From contig JAQGDQ010000211.1 in assembly GCA_030141605.1 (NCBI GenBank), positions 22,885-86,884 on the forward strand: a stretch of DNA of 64,000 nucleotides. Reading direction: 5' to 3'. A program made the position numbers and the translations under genes. The notes under the pieces are model-generated. The model saw only the letters and a program-made list of their open reading frames with translations. It was not told where the DNA came from and did not search any database. This stretch comes from Tubiluchus corallicola (taxonomy: Eukaryota; Animalia; Priapulida). Within the stretch, counting starts at the first letter, position 1, and each line of letters starts with the position of its first letter. Shown in pieces: positions 46,262 through 58,869 of this stretch.

Positions 46262-49200
46262 TAGTAATAATACATACCGCATACATTTCTGTCATAATAT
46301 TCATTGTCGTACATGTGAATTTTAATTGATGTTTATCTTAGAAAAATTAGGTTTATTTATTAAATTGCCAAGCCATGGTTTAAAAGTTATCGTGCTAATG
46401 TGAGAATTACATGTTGGCTCTTATGAGTTAATAAATTGAAATTATTGCATAATTTGTTGTTATTGTTTTGTTAAAACACAGTCAATGTTTAACTAATGTA
46501 ACATTTGTAACAACAACACTGGAGGTGTGGTTGGAAAATGCTTTGCAAACTACTAAATAACTACTAATGTAATTCAAATTTACATTATTTGTTCAGTTTA
46601 GTAAACAATATTTATGCTGAATTTAGCCTGATTAAAGAAAGAAAAGTCACTCAGTATTTTGGGTTTATTTTTCTTTTACGACTTGAACTTGGAAAAACAA
46701 CAAAGAAGTTTGTTAAAAACTGCCTGTAAAGCATAAATTTAAAATATACTGCCTCTGAATAGAAATTTTCAGGCGTGGTGGTTGCATGACGTAACGGGGA
46801 GACTTCGTAAGTGCGTCATTGCTTTCCATAAGCGTGCACTGCTTAAACTAATTCAAACTTCTGCAGCTTACCTAGTCTTCAAGGAAAAATATTACAAAAT
46901 CAGCTATCTAATTTTTTTGTAAAAACATGCTTTCGATGAAGATTGGCAGTGCGCTACATTTCCTCAAGACGTCACCAGAAGAAGGGGCATTGAAATTGGG
47001 AGCGCCCAAGCATGAAGTGATCACGAATAAAGAAATTTTACTAATTACACATAGTGCTTATTGCAGTACAATTATTAAATCCGTTTAACAGTTTACGCGA
47101 ACATTGAAATAAGCCTAACACACTTGGCCTTTCCTTTAACTCTTATATGCATTACTCAAGTTTAGGATCTGAGTAGCACTTTTGCTAGCGAAGTGCAATG
47201 AAAAAAATCAGATTGAATGTAATGGACACTGTCCTGTCCTGTAATATGAAATAATAATAATAATCTTTAATCTAATAAGTCAGCTTAATATGTGCAAATA
47301 CTAGTATGAACATAAACATTTGAACAATATTCAGATTCGATCTCTTATAATTTATCATTTATGAATGGCATATGAATTGTGACTGCTTGGTAGTCCGTTG
47401 ACTCATGAGGTTTATTCGAAGTTACGGTCATTGGTGGTCGCGGATACAAACCTAGAACTTATTAAATAAAATTTATTAAACTTATTGAGGAACAAAATGT
47501 TTATTATGGCACTCAAACTAAATTCACAGAAAGTAATTAAAACTTAATAACATTGTCCGTCTCGGTAATCCTAACCTGCCGTGAGTACGTGTGAGTCCTC
47601 TCAAACCTCAGCTCAGAGGATATCTCTGGAGGCACCAGCCCGCAAACAATGCCAGTGCGCATGCACAGTTGAAATTCAGAGAATTTTCACCCTGGCGCCA
47701 TCTTCTAGGTAACACACTAAATTCGTGGTAGTTACATAAATATAACCAATATCATTGCTATTAACTGTCAACCGAGTTGAAGTGACGTTAACATAAATTA
47801 TACGCTTTTATGTTACGTACAACCTTGTGAGATCTGTACTGATAATAAACATACATGCACGCGAGGTTGCAGGCGTGAACGTGATACTAAATCAGAAGCG
47901 AATGTCAATGTCCGCTGATAACACAATAACAAATATTTATAGTTATAGTAACTATATTATTTATTTACTGACAGCAAGTCATAACATACATAAATTAACA
48001 TGGGGGCCCCTGGACTATTGCCAAGTGTGTCTACGTAAAGACGGTTGAACTACAAAAGTGAAACAATTTATGCTTTTTTACACGGACGGTCCCCCATTGT
48101 TGTTGAGTGTTGAAAAAGATATTTGAAACACAACGCTATATGCACTTTAATATGCCGTACGCTAGGCAACATATGTCTACAAGAAAACTTCAGAGCAAAA
48201 TTATAACATTGCCAACACAGGCATCTAAAATTAGCTATATTAACATCAATAATTAGCAAACAATAACATTAACAATCACTCGTAGCCCAGCTATTTGTGC
48301 AAGTTCAATGAATAACTACACAAAAACAATAAACAGCTCTTCCTTTCTCACTCTAACCTCATTGAAATACTAATCGACAATAATGATATACAAAACCGGT
48401 TTTTATTCGTGAACGCCTAATTTTTCTGGTGTTTTTTTTCCTACAATGATTAATGTATATACTATACAGTTTCTATCAGACAGCTAGTAGCAAGGGAATA
48501 TCTAAATAGCAAGTGCACCATGTTCTTGCCAGCCAAAGTTTGTGTTTTTATTCAGTGGAGGTTTTAAATTATGCATTTCTCCTTCACTGAAGGAAGTCCA
48601 TCACACATAGTAAGGATCATGTTGCAACCTTATAATTTAAACAAGAAAATATCACACTTAGGGGCCCATCCACATATTACAATCTCAAGTTTACGGCAGG
48701 TAGGTGGCAGGAAATGCACTGACGGTTTCCAGTTAATTAACACAAGTGATGTTGTTGCCTGTTCTTGGGAGCAGAAAGAATAAAGCTACATCAGTGTAAC
48801 ATTGATATCAATACAAGAGGTAGGTAGATGGTGGGGCATACGATAATGCCATCATAACGCATAGTAGGTAGGTCCTCAAAATCGGCTGAAAACTTGATAT
48901 CGTTATACGTGAATGCCCCATAGGGCTAGCTTGTCATACGGGGGTAAAACATCACCACTGCCTAGCGTGTTACAGCTTGAAAAAATGTACATGTATAAAC
49001 TTAGCACGTTGTAAGCACCATTTATGTTCAATAGCAATCAAATTAGCTACATATCATTAAAATCTACTTTATAGTCAAATAAAATTATAGTTAAATTCAT
49101 GTCTTTTCAAATCTACTGACCATTGTGTGTTAAATTGAAGTCGCCAATGTTGCTAATATTTGTTACGGTTTTATTAAGCTGCTACTATTATAAACAAAAT

Positions 49201-49289
49201 ATTCAAGTCGTCAACTCAGAATGTTTACTTCAATTTTTTGTTTTTCGTAACAATTACAATCCGACATTAGTGACATCATCCAGTTATGT

Positions 49290-49920
49290 CAGAGGCGTAG
49301 CAAAGGGGACAACGGGGGATGGGAGGGCAATCATCCCCGAGCACAGGGTGTGAGGTCACACGATTCTTCTACAGCTTAATGACTGTTAATTATTAATCAC
49401 TAATCCGATATTAGCAATTAACAAAGTTTTCAAACTATAAGAAAATTATCTAGACAGAGATCATCGTAGCTGGCTGAATTACAACATACAGCCTAGAAAA
49501 AAGCTAATGTTGTTACTCAATGGCATGTGTAGGGTGGCCTAGCAGATTTGGAAGAAAACGTGGCGTTATTCTCTAATAATTATGCGGTTATGGTGTTTTT
49601 CTCTATTGTAAAAAACCTGTAGTGTTCTCATTGTTCCTGCATCTTTCATAACCTTTGCATGTTATAATGCTGGAGCTAAATGTTTAACGACTTTCGTGTT
49701 ACGAGCTGCTTAGCAAGAGCAATGCAATACCGCAAATCAAACTCGGGGTGATTCCTGGAAAAAACGGTTCATCCCATTATATGTCGAAAAAGGAAAGTGA
49801 GGCTCAGGGATGCAAAAAACATGTACAATTTGTAGCTTCACCCACGAAACAAATGAACAGAACATGAAAAGCGTAGGGCGTCAGAAGTTTTTATCCCCGG
49901 AAACACTTGCTACGCCACTG
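49290..49920. mobile_element. hAT-type MITE
   Basis: cagaggcgtagcaa / ttgctacgccactg; partial 8-bp TSD. Confidence 0.65.
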
Positions 49921-50824
49921 AGTTGAGTATGACAGAGAAAAATGCACACAGGACTCACTGGTCTATATGAATTTGGTATGTGGATTGGTTATTTGCCACG
50001 TAACCAGTGAAAGCCACTATCTTTACCCAATACAAGCAGCAATTATGTTAAAATAGTTTCCGGCTAGCTAATATGCTATCCAAGCAATACCGAAGTCTAT
50101 AATAATGCCGATTACATATAAATGAATAGCTCTGTCGAAGTTAATGGTTAGAAATGGATTAGAATTGAATGTCTGTCTATCCGAAGTACAGTACGGTTCT
50201 ACGGTCAGTAAGGCTGCGCGACTGTGCGTAAGCTTTGATAGTGAATATGCAAATTTGTATATCACTGCGTAGTATAATTTAACCTAACTAACTGCATTGA
50301 CTATCTATTTTATTCTATGTTTCAAATACCTACTCGTATCCACTAAATACTTTTCACTAATAGTGAGGTAGGACAATAAAAATAGATGCCTCTTTGTGAT
50401 AAAAATACGAAACGGAATGAATTTTCCGAGATTCACCCATTTTCAAGGTCAAGGTGATAATGTATTATCACTAGGTAGTAAAAATAACCTTTTGAGCTTT
50501 ATTTAAATCCGCCACGAGTTGTTTCTAAACTTACGATTTCAAAACCATCTATATTTGCGTATTGAACAAGTAACAATATCGTGCAGTTTTTATTTTGAAC
50601 ATAAATTAGCCTGTAACAGATGTGAGGAGGAAATTAGTTATCGATTTAAATTAACGAATACTTAAAAACAAATAAGTTAACACTACAGTAGACATGTAAG
50701 CAGTATTATGCGCATGAGAACGGAACTGCTACGATAGAATAAACGACAAAGCTAAAAAAACAGAGTAGTACACAATGACTAAAACAACCGTGACAGTTGC
50801 ACTCAAGAATTGAAAAACAGCACA

Positions 50825-53640
50825 TCAGAGGTTGAGAAGCAAAGTTCTGGGATCTTCTACACACGCTTTGATCTTTCTTAGAAAGAAAACGGCTTCTCTG
50901 CCGTCGATTAGCCTGTGATCGTACGTCAGTGCAACGTACATCATCGGCCTGATTTCCACCTTACCCTGGACAGCAACTGGTCTGTCAAATACTCCATACA
51001 TGCCTAGAATAGCTGACTGGGGTGGATTGATGATGGGGGTACCAAACAGTCCACGAAAAACGCCACCATTACTAATACTAAATGTGCCTCCTTCCATATC
51101 TTCTATCTCTAATTCTCCTTTTCGGGCTTTTTCTCCCAGTTCGCCGATGTACAATTCGATGTCAGCATAGTTCATACTCTCGCAGCCTCTGATGACCGGA
51201 ACTACAAGACCTTTCGGTGTGGCTACAGCAACACTGATGTCACAGTAATCCCTGTAAACTATTTCGTTTCCTTCTATAACTGCATTAACTATGGGTTGGT
51301 CTTGTAGCGCGTACGCTGATGCTTTCACGAAAGCCGACATGAATCCAAGTTTTATGTTAAATTTCTTCATAAATTCGTCTTTGTACTGCTTTCTCATTTC
51401 TAAAATGTTAGACATGTCCACTTCGTTGAAAGTTGTTAACATAGCACACGTATTTTGAGCCTCTTTTAGTCTCTCTGCAATGGCAAGCCTCATCCTCGTC
51501 ATTTTCATTCGAGATTCCGTTCGCGTCCCTGTGATTGTCTTCGGCGCCTGACCTGGCTTCAACGGCCTTGTAGTAACTGTTGTTGGCGGAGTTTGTGGCG
51601 TGACTATTCGTTGTGGTTTAATATCGGAAACGGGAGTAGAAGATATAGGAGCAGCGGGGATGGGCGGAACGGGAGGTAGGCTGTCGGGTATTGCTCCGGC
51701 AGCTGATGGTGGCGGTGGAGGGGGCTCAGAAATGGGTGGTGGAGGAGCAGGTGCATCGGGCCGCTTCTCAGCTGGTTCTGACTCTGCGACTTTTTCACCT
51801 TTGGTGTCTAGTTTAACAAGTTCAGTGCCAGGAGTTACCGTTGCACCGTCTTCCACCAAGAGTTCAGTTATAACTCCAGACTGCGGTGCAAGAACTGGTA
51901 TTGATGTTTTAGCTGTCTCTATTTCACCAACTGCTTCATTAGCTTCTACAAAGTCGCCAACCGCTTTACTCCATATCATGTCGCCTTCAGTAATTGATTC
52001 AGCGAAACTAGGACATTTGATCACATATTCCTCGTGCAATATGGCTCCAGTGTGAAAACTGCGATATCCTTTTCTGCATAACCGAAAAGCATGACAAGAA
52101 CCTAAAATTTGTAAATGTTCAGTTGATAATAAAACGAGTCAGTTATCCTTAGCTTCTGATACTTTCTTTAACACGCACTACGAATATACTTTTGCATAAT
52201 TATATGATGTGCAAGTGTGCGTTTTTCATCATAGAGCCTGACACAAACCATCTGGCTATGTGTACACAAATACTCTCAGATTTTTTAGAAAAAAAGGAGA
52301 TACTGTTAAAACTATCCTGATAAGAAGGTTCTTCTAATGGTAGAGAGTAATGGTCACCCTGTCAGACACACGCAGCATCACTTATCGGCGTGTATGACAA
52401 CCCGTCATACATAAGTTTTAATGCATATAGTTTATAGCTCTAAGTTCAGTTAGTAGTGGCGAAAGAATCGAACTGGATCAAGTTGAATTTTTTATTTATT
52501 TGTCTCATACAAAAACAATATACAGCAAAGTGTTAGTGACAAAGCAGTTAACGAGAGAGACGCTGTGGAGAAATCCAGTTTTAACAAAGTATCATAACTC
52601 AAACCAAAGCCAGAAGTTTGTCGCAAAATGTTCTAAAGCTAGTTGTTGTTAAACAGTTCATCACTAAATGAGCTAGGTTATTAATCAAATAATTACTGTA
52701 ATTACTTATCTACTGACATTTTTGTTAATACTTAGTTGATACACTATTTGTACCTGTTCTCGAACTTTGGCATCTCACTATTGTTTATTATAGCAATACT
52801 ATAGTTATAGATCAGTGGTTCTTAACATGGGATCGATCGAACCCTAGGGGTTCGGTGAGTCGATCTCAGGGGTTCGGCAGAGGACGCTGGACATAAAAAC
52901 GAAGAAAAGGAACAGATTTTGCTGTGAAAATGACATGAGAGTGGCACTTGCCAAGGTGAAGCCACGCATATCTGAACTGGTCTCTCAAAGGCAACAGCAG
53001 TAGTCACACTGATTTGCAGGTATGTAATTTGTTGTGAGTTTATGCATTGTGTTGGTTTTGTTCTTTGAACAAGGTGATGTTCATGCAAGGCTCATTTTGT
53101 GTACCAGTAAAAAACATATCTATGAAACGTATGAAACTGGTGGGGTTCGGTACCTCCAACAAGGTTAAGAACCACTGTTACAGATCATTTTGTGACTGAA
53201 TTAAAGAAGTAAGTAAAAATGACTTTCTAGACCTATATTATTATTAATAATAGTTTTAATACTAATACTATGGTTTTCATAGAAATACTTTTATATCTAT
53301 ATACTCTATACTTTTATAGATCGACGCATGCACATTCACAATTGCCGACACTGATCAATAATCCAAGTACTTCAGGAAATAAAGAACCCACTAACGTGAC
53401 CGTCAAATTAAACCAATACACAATCTGTTTCTTAATACTAGCGGTATTAAGTTTACCGGCTCTGGACAGACTGGTCTTACCAATTTTGTTAACTGTTTGT
53501 AGCTGTTGCGAGTGTCTTGTCATTAGTAACAATTTAACATTCGCCTTGTTACTTTGCGCTACACATCTTGCTCCAATTACTCGACAACCTCCTCTAACAA
53601 TATCTCGCGATAACCTCCCAGATAAAATCATTGCAGCCAT
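50825..53640 (-). CDS. DLST: Mitochondrial dihydrolipoamide succinyltransferase (E2o) homologue; exons 53640-53457 and 52101-50825; 486 aa
   Basis: Arg-rich presequence in exon 1; phase-1 GT-AG intron; lipoyl domain (FAESITEGD...EIETAKT); Pro-rich linker; catalytic domain ([37 protein letters not shown]). Confidence 0.93.
52813..53177 (+). mobile_element. Charlie/Buster (hAT) deletion derivative in the DLST intron
   Basis: cagtggttcttaac TIRs; TSD ttatagat/ttacagat; remnant [10 protein letters not shown]...[17 protein letters not shown]...SH of the transposase C-terminus. Confidence 0.85.
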
Positions 53641-54822
53641 CTTGAACTCACACAGTCACTGACACACTCACGACTGCTCACTGTTAAACTAGCGCCCGAT
53701 TCGTTCGAGTTATTGCAATATTTTCTATTTGTTACATCATTCTCGTTCTCCTCACTCCGGAACGTCTTATGATTGGTTGCTATGCTAAAGCATCGTTTCG
53801 TTTACTTGCTTTTGTATTTTGATTATATTTTACTTGGAATTGCAGATCCGGTATCATTGGGGATTTACTGCCATGAAAATGACGAAATGATTGTGCGGCC
53901 GGCAGCAACCAAATAAAAATTGCGAAAGACAATTTAATTTCAAGATTTTTTCAACTAAAGTTTAATAATAATAACTGAGAACAACAGAAATGTAAATTTA
54001 ACACTCTAAAGCCTAAACAGCCAAATAATGAAACGCTCAGTCGAAAGTCATTTTTGTAAAAATTATCAGTCTGTCGAAATTAATGCCTGTTTGCCACATT
54101 TGGTTGCAGACACTGTGAGAGCCAATTAAATTCAATTTCGTTTATTGCGCATATAGATTACAGGTACACTGTCAAGTAAAGAAAGAGTACTCAAAACTAA
54201 AACTACAATATATACTAAAATTATGTAGGTATACTAAATAATGTTTACAAATAAGTTATAAAGAAATGCTAAAAACCTGCAAAGGCACGCATAGCTATGA
54301 AAAATGGATATAAAAATTGTCACAGTCAGTACAATAACGACAAAAGTCAATTAATTGTAGGTTTGCAACATCATAAAAATATGCAAAATTTTTAAATGGT
54401 GTAGTGCAGTGAGACACTTGACTGTCACAAGGGGTTTCAACCACAATGAAGCATGAGCCAATGAAATAGATTCAGAAATAGATGATACCGTCTAGTAGTC
54501 ACCATCTACACTTACCAGGTCTTTTATTTCTCAGTTTTGCAGCCAAGCGCACTCCTACCCTCCGTCATTTCTCACCCTTACTTTCTTATAAACACACATT
54601 GTTTTTTACACGGTGTTTCGGTCCAGGTATTAAACTGTCATCATTCCCAAAAATTATTACTTGCTTAGTGCAAACAATTTCCTTGTTGTGATAGGCTTTC
54701 ACCAGCTGTACAGGATTTTTTATGCTAAATATTTTTGCTCCTGTAATTTGTATTAAAAAGGTGTTTTATGTCAGATCACTAGACGATTGCAATTACTTCC
54801 CACAGGAGTGAGAAATCTAATA

Positions 54823-55272
54823 CAGTCAACCTCGGGTATAATGTACTCACTTATAAGGGACACGCCAGTACCGATCCCGATTTTTTGTAATGTAAAAATC
54901 TTCGTGTATAAGATACTCGGATATTAGGGACTTTCAGTTATAAGGGACGATATCTTCAGGTCCCGCGTAATAGAAACCCAGTTAAATTGCCTCGCATATA
55001 ATGATTAAAGCGAAATTGATCGAATTTTAACCTCAATTTTTTGCAAGCTCGGCCTTCGAACAGCTCACATATACCTCACATGTGCTTCCTACATACTGTT
55101 TGCACTGAATGTGTAGCAATAATCCATAAAAATATGGGCAAAAGTACAGAAAAGTACAGGTCTCGATACACCCTCTGTCTGACTCAACTTCGGCTATAAC
55201 TTATAAGGGACATCGGATATAAGGGACGGGTGTTTCCGGTCCGAAGGTGTCCCTTATATCCAAAGTTGACTG
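54823..55272. mobile_element. Tigger/pogo-type MITE (same family as 32258)
   Basis: TA-cagtcaac ... gttgactg-TA. Confidence 0.82.
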
Positions 55273-58227
55273 TATATGTTTCTATATATTGCTTGCTTAA
55301 AATTTTGAACTGCCTGGTATTAATATATTGTTTTGATATTGGTATGCAAAAATAAAGAGCAGAATATTCTTCGTCAGATGATTAAATCAAGTCACGAGGA
55401 TGGAAAACAAATAATACAATTCCGAAACTATAAACAAAACTTCAAACTAAGCAATGACATGCAAATAATTTTGGATCTCTGAAAGCTCCAATAAGAGCAA
55501 CTGTTACTCAACAAGAAACTCAGCAGAAAACTTCCGTAGATTGAAAACATTCCATACAGTAAATTCACTGCAAGTCGGTAGTCAGCTTTCACCGGCTAGC
55601 TTATAACATTAACAGTTGTGGCAAGACTGAAATTTAGCTCATTAGTCAGGTTAATACGCTGAGATAAGATAGTAGAATGCCAGATGCACCTTGTCTATGT
55701 ATTCAACCTGTTTCAACGAAATAAACGGTCAAATTGTAGTCACTTATCCATAACTTGTCAGGCTTAATGTTGCTTAGCTTGATCACTAATCATACACCAT
55801 GACCACTCTGCTGGTTCACTCTCTTTGATTCCAGTTCTCCATATATCAAAGTTTGTAATGCTGCTACTACAAACGTGAATCAATTAGCAAGATTTTTTAC
55901 CTTTAAGCTACTCAGTCAGTCGGTCAATCAGCGAGACAGCCAAACAATCAAACTGTCAGTCAAGTTATTTTAAATTGATTATTTATAGAAAATCAACATA
56001 GCCCGTACATGTGCTGCAGTCAACGTGCTCACTCACCAATAGAAAAACAGGTATATTACACCTGCTCATACTCGAGAAAAACAGCGATCATAAGAAAGCA
56101 GAAGAGAACACCTTGCCCCAAGCAATAGCTGTCACATATACAATTAACAAGGAGGATGTCCAGATACATTATATCTGAGGACAACTTGCTGCAGTGTTTA
56201 TGTATATTTCTATTGCCTTGCGGTCAATAAAAGTGCTGATATTGTCACATTTAACAGTAAGTGCATTGTGACTTGATATTAATTATTGATTTGTTTATTA
56301 TAACACATACATATATACATGCGCCCTCTATTTGCAGTGCTATAACAGTTAAAAGCATTTACATTCCATATTTAACAACTTACTATAGCTATGCTAGCAT
56401 TGTATTATCATTACCTTCGTAACTGACATTAATAAGAATTTTCTAAAATTAATTAGTCCTGTTTGATTAGTGACAAAATAAAATTATCTAACAAAATATT
56501 AGCAAAGATAATTACAATCAGATTATCACGACAAATTAAAATTTAATTGACATCTTGGTGCTGTAAAACGCGTACAGAGTTTTCACGTTTAATGCGACTT
56601 GCGAATTTACAATTAAACAACAGGTGATGTGGGGTTTGCCTCCCATCTAAACACAATAACCATGTGGGGTTTGCCTCCCCTCTAAACATAATAACCAATA
56701 TTGAACAGCAAATCATTAAAGTTGCCTTGACCTGCTAGAAGTGTGCAAGGTAAAACCTCAAGTTTTCTATTGCCTCTCTGTACTGGAATATTCCAGAACG
56801 CTGTACTTAATTATTGATGATATACATTGAAAGATTTAAACTGTCAGAGTGCCATTTCAATTTGATTAGATACAGGCTTACAGAGTTTGATTATATGGGC
56901 TCTGGATGAATAGGAAAACAGAAGACTTAATTTAAGATGCGGCTGGTAGCTGATGTTTTTACCGAGTTAAGAGATATGTTTGGGTGAAAACAGAACAATT
57001 CAATCCAGTTCAAGTTTATTTGCCTGATGGACAATTCGAGAAGAATGGGTGCATAATATGGCTAGTGTGATGACAGAAACGTTTTCAACAGAAGTTAATA
57101 CCACTCAAATACTTTATTGCACGAAAAATCAGCACAGAAATGTTTCATATAACTGGATTAACTTGATTATTTACAGCACAGGTAAAGAACAGACAACTGG
57201 CAAACAGACAACAAAGCTTTACATGTCTGCCACAGATGGCGCCACGTACATGAATTTTATAAGTAGATTAACGAAAAAATTGCAGCTAATTCTGCTACAG
57301 TTAGTTCATGTCAGAATTATAATAATTAAAAATAGGTGGCGTTTTGGAAAAAGCAACAGTTCACTTAGCAGCCACCCTTAGTAATCAAACAGCTAGCTCG
57401 AGAAAGTTGCTGATGCTAAAAGAAATATGTGGATTACAAAAGCACGAGAGCCTTCTACACTTAGGAAAGCCTGTGTATATCTTATTCTAAAAACTTTACA
57501 AAGAGATACTCAGCTAGTATACATCGATTTGCATGAAATGCTTATAACGTGACCCGAGCCGATTCGTTATTACGAATATTGCCCTAAGATGAGTCACTGA
57601 ACCAATAGAAGTGTTTCGGTTACATTTCAGGAATATAGCAAAGGTTTACACATGATACCGCCGGGAGTGAGTATCGAACCCATGCCACTCGAATGAACCG
57701 CTGGAATTCTACCACTCGGCTACAGACCTTGCAATGTAATAATAATAATAATAAATAACTTGTTTAAGCAGAATTTTAGGAATTAGAAAGGGCGGTTGCA
57801 CAATTAGTGTGTGTAGAGTGTATTTAGTGTATATAGAGTGTATTGTCGTTTTTTCTCCTCTTTTCCTCCTTCCTATCCCCATTCTTACTATTTTTTTCCA
57901 TTCCATCATTTCTTCTGAATCTAATCATTCTTTCATTCACTCATTTGTGCCACCCTAACAAGCCAAGCTTTCAAGGTGTCATACAGCAACTCTTTTATTT
58001 GGTTAATTTGACTTAATCAACGTTTTTTACCTATACTGTTTCTTTTTTCAGTAATATTGTTTGTTGATGTATTGTATATGTATTGCTGGAGTGAAATAAA
58101 TTGATTGATTGATTGATTTACGCATTTTACATCTAAACAGCCTTCACATTGCTTATAATTTACAGCTAATTAAGAATTTGTTTGGCATGAATAATCAGAA
58201 AATGAGATATATTTTAGTTGCAGGACC

Positions 58228-58869
58228 ATGATTCTTTATTGGTTGTTAGTAGCTGTGTGGTGCTACAACATCGCACAAGTAATGACAGATTCGGATAAAT
58301 GTGTTTTCACTCTCACTTACGATCCGTCGAGAAATGGTCAGTCTGCCAACAGTGTTTCAAATTCACTGCAGGCCATAGAAGCAAAATTATTCAGTGTGTT
58401 AAACTCTCTACGGACAATGGAGACAAGAATTCTCAACCTAGAAAATCTTGTGAGAACAAACTCAGCTCAAGTGGTCGACGACGGATTCGTTACTGTCGGA
58501 GGACGATGGATTATTAGGGGTTTTGCGATCCAGCGACCGTGGAGCAAGGCACGTGACTTTTGTAGAACTGTAGGAGCCGAACTTGTTGTCATCGATTCAA
58601 AGCAAAAACACGATGCAGTGAAACGATACACTGAATTAAACTTTGAATTAAACTGCAAATATCAAATGGGAATTTGGATCAACGGTAAAGGCTTTGACGG
58701 CTCATACATAACCTCAACAGGCGAGGAAGTCGACTACTTGGACTGGACCGAAGGTGAACCTGATTCTACTGCTGGATGCCTGGCAATATGGTATCAAGAA
58801 GATTATAAACATGTTACAGTAGATTGTCCTAATGCAAGATACTTTATCTGTGAAAAGAAGCAGGCTTGA
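58228..58869 (+). CDS. Secreted C-type lectin (signal peptide, coiled-coil neck, CTLD), single coding exon
   Basis: Hydrophobic N-terminus; WSKARDFC..GAELVVI, IWING, WTEGEPD, C..C..FICEK; splice acceptor ttgcag 4 nt before the ATG. Confidence 0.9.
   Translation: MILYWLLVAVWCYNIAQVMTDSDKCVFTLTYDPSRNGQSANSVSNSLQAIEAKLFSVLNSLRTMETRILNLENLVRTNSAQVVDDGFVTVGGRWIIRGFAIQRPWSKARDFCRTVGAELVVIDSKQKHDAVKRYTELNFELNCKYQMGIWINGKGFDGSYITSTGEEVDYLDWTEGEPDSTAGCLAIWYQEDYKHVTVDCPNARYFICEKKQA

Noticed and set aside
51600-52055. 151-aa plus-strand ORF
   Set aside because: Antisense shadow of the DLST linker and lipoyl region.
52755-52800. Possible DLST micro-exon ending AG|gtac
   Set aside because: Candidate lengths (25 or 46 nt) break the frame; exon 1 joins exon 2 directly in phase.
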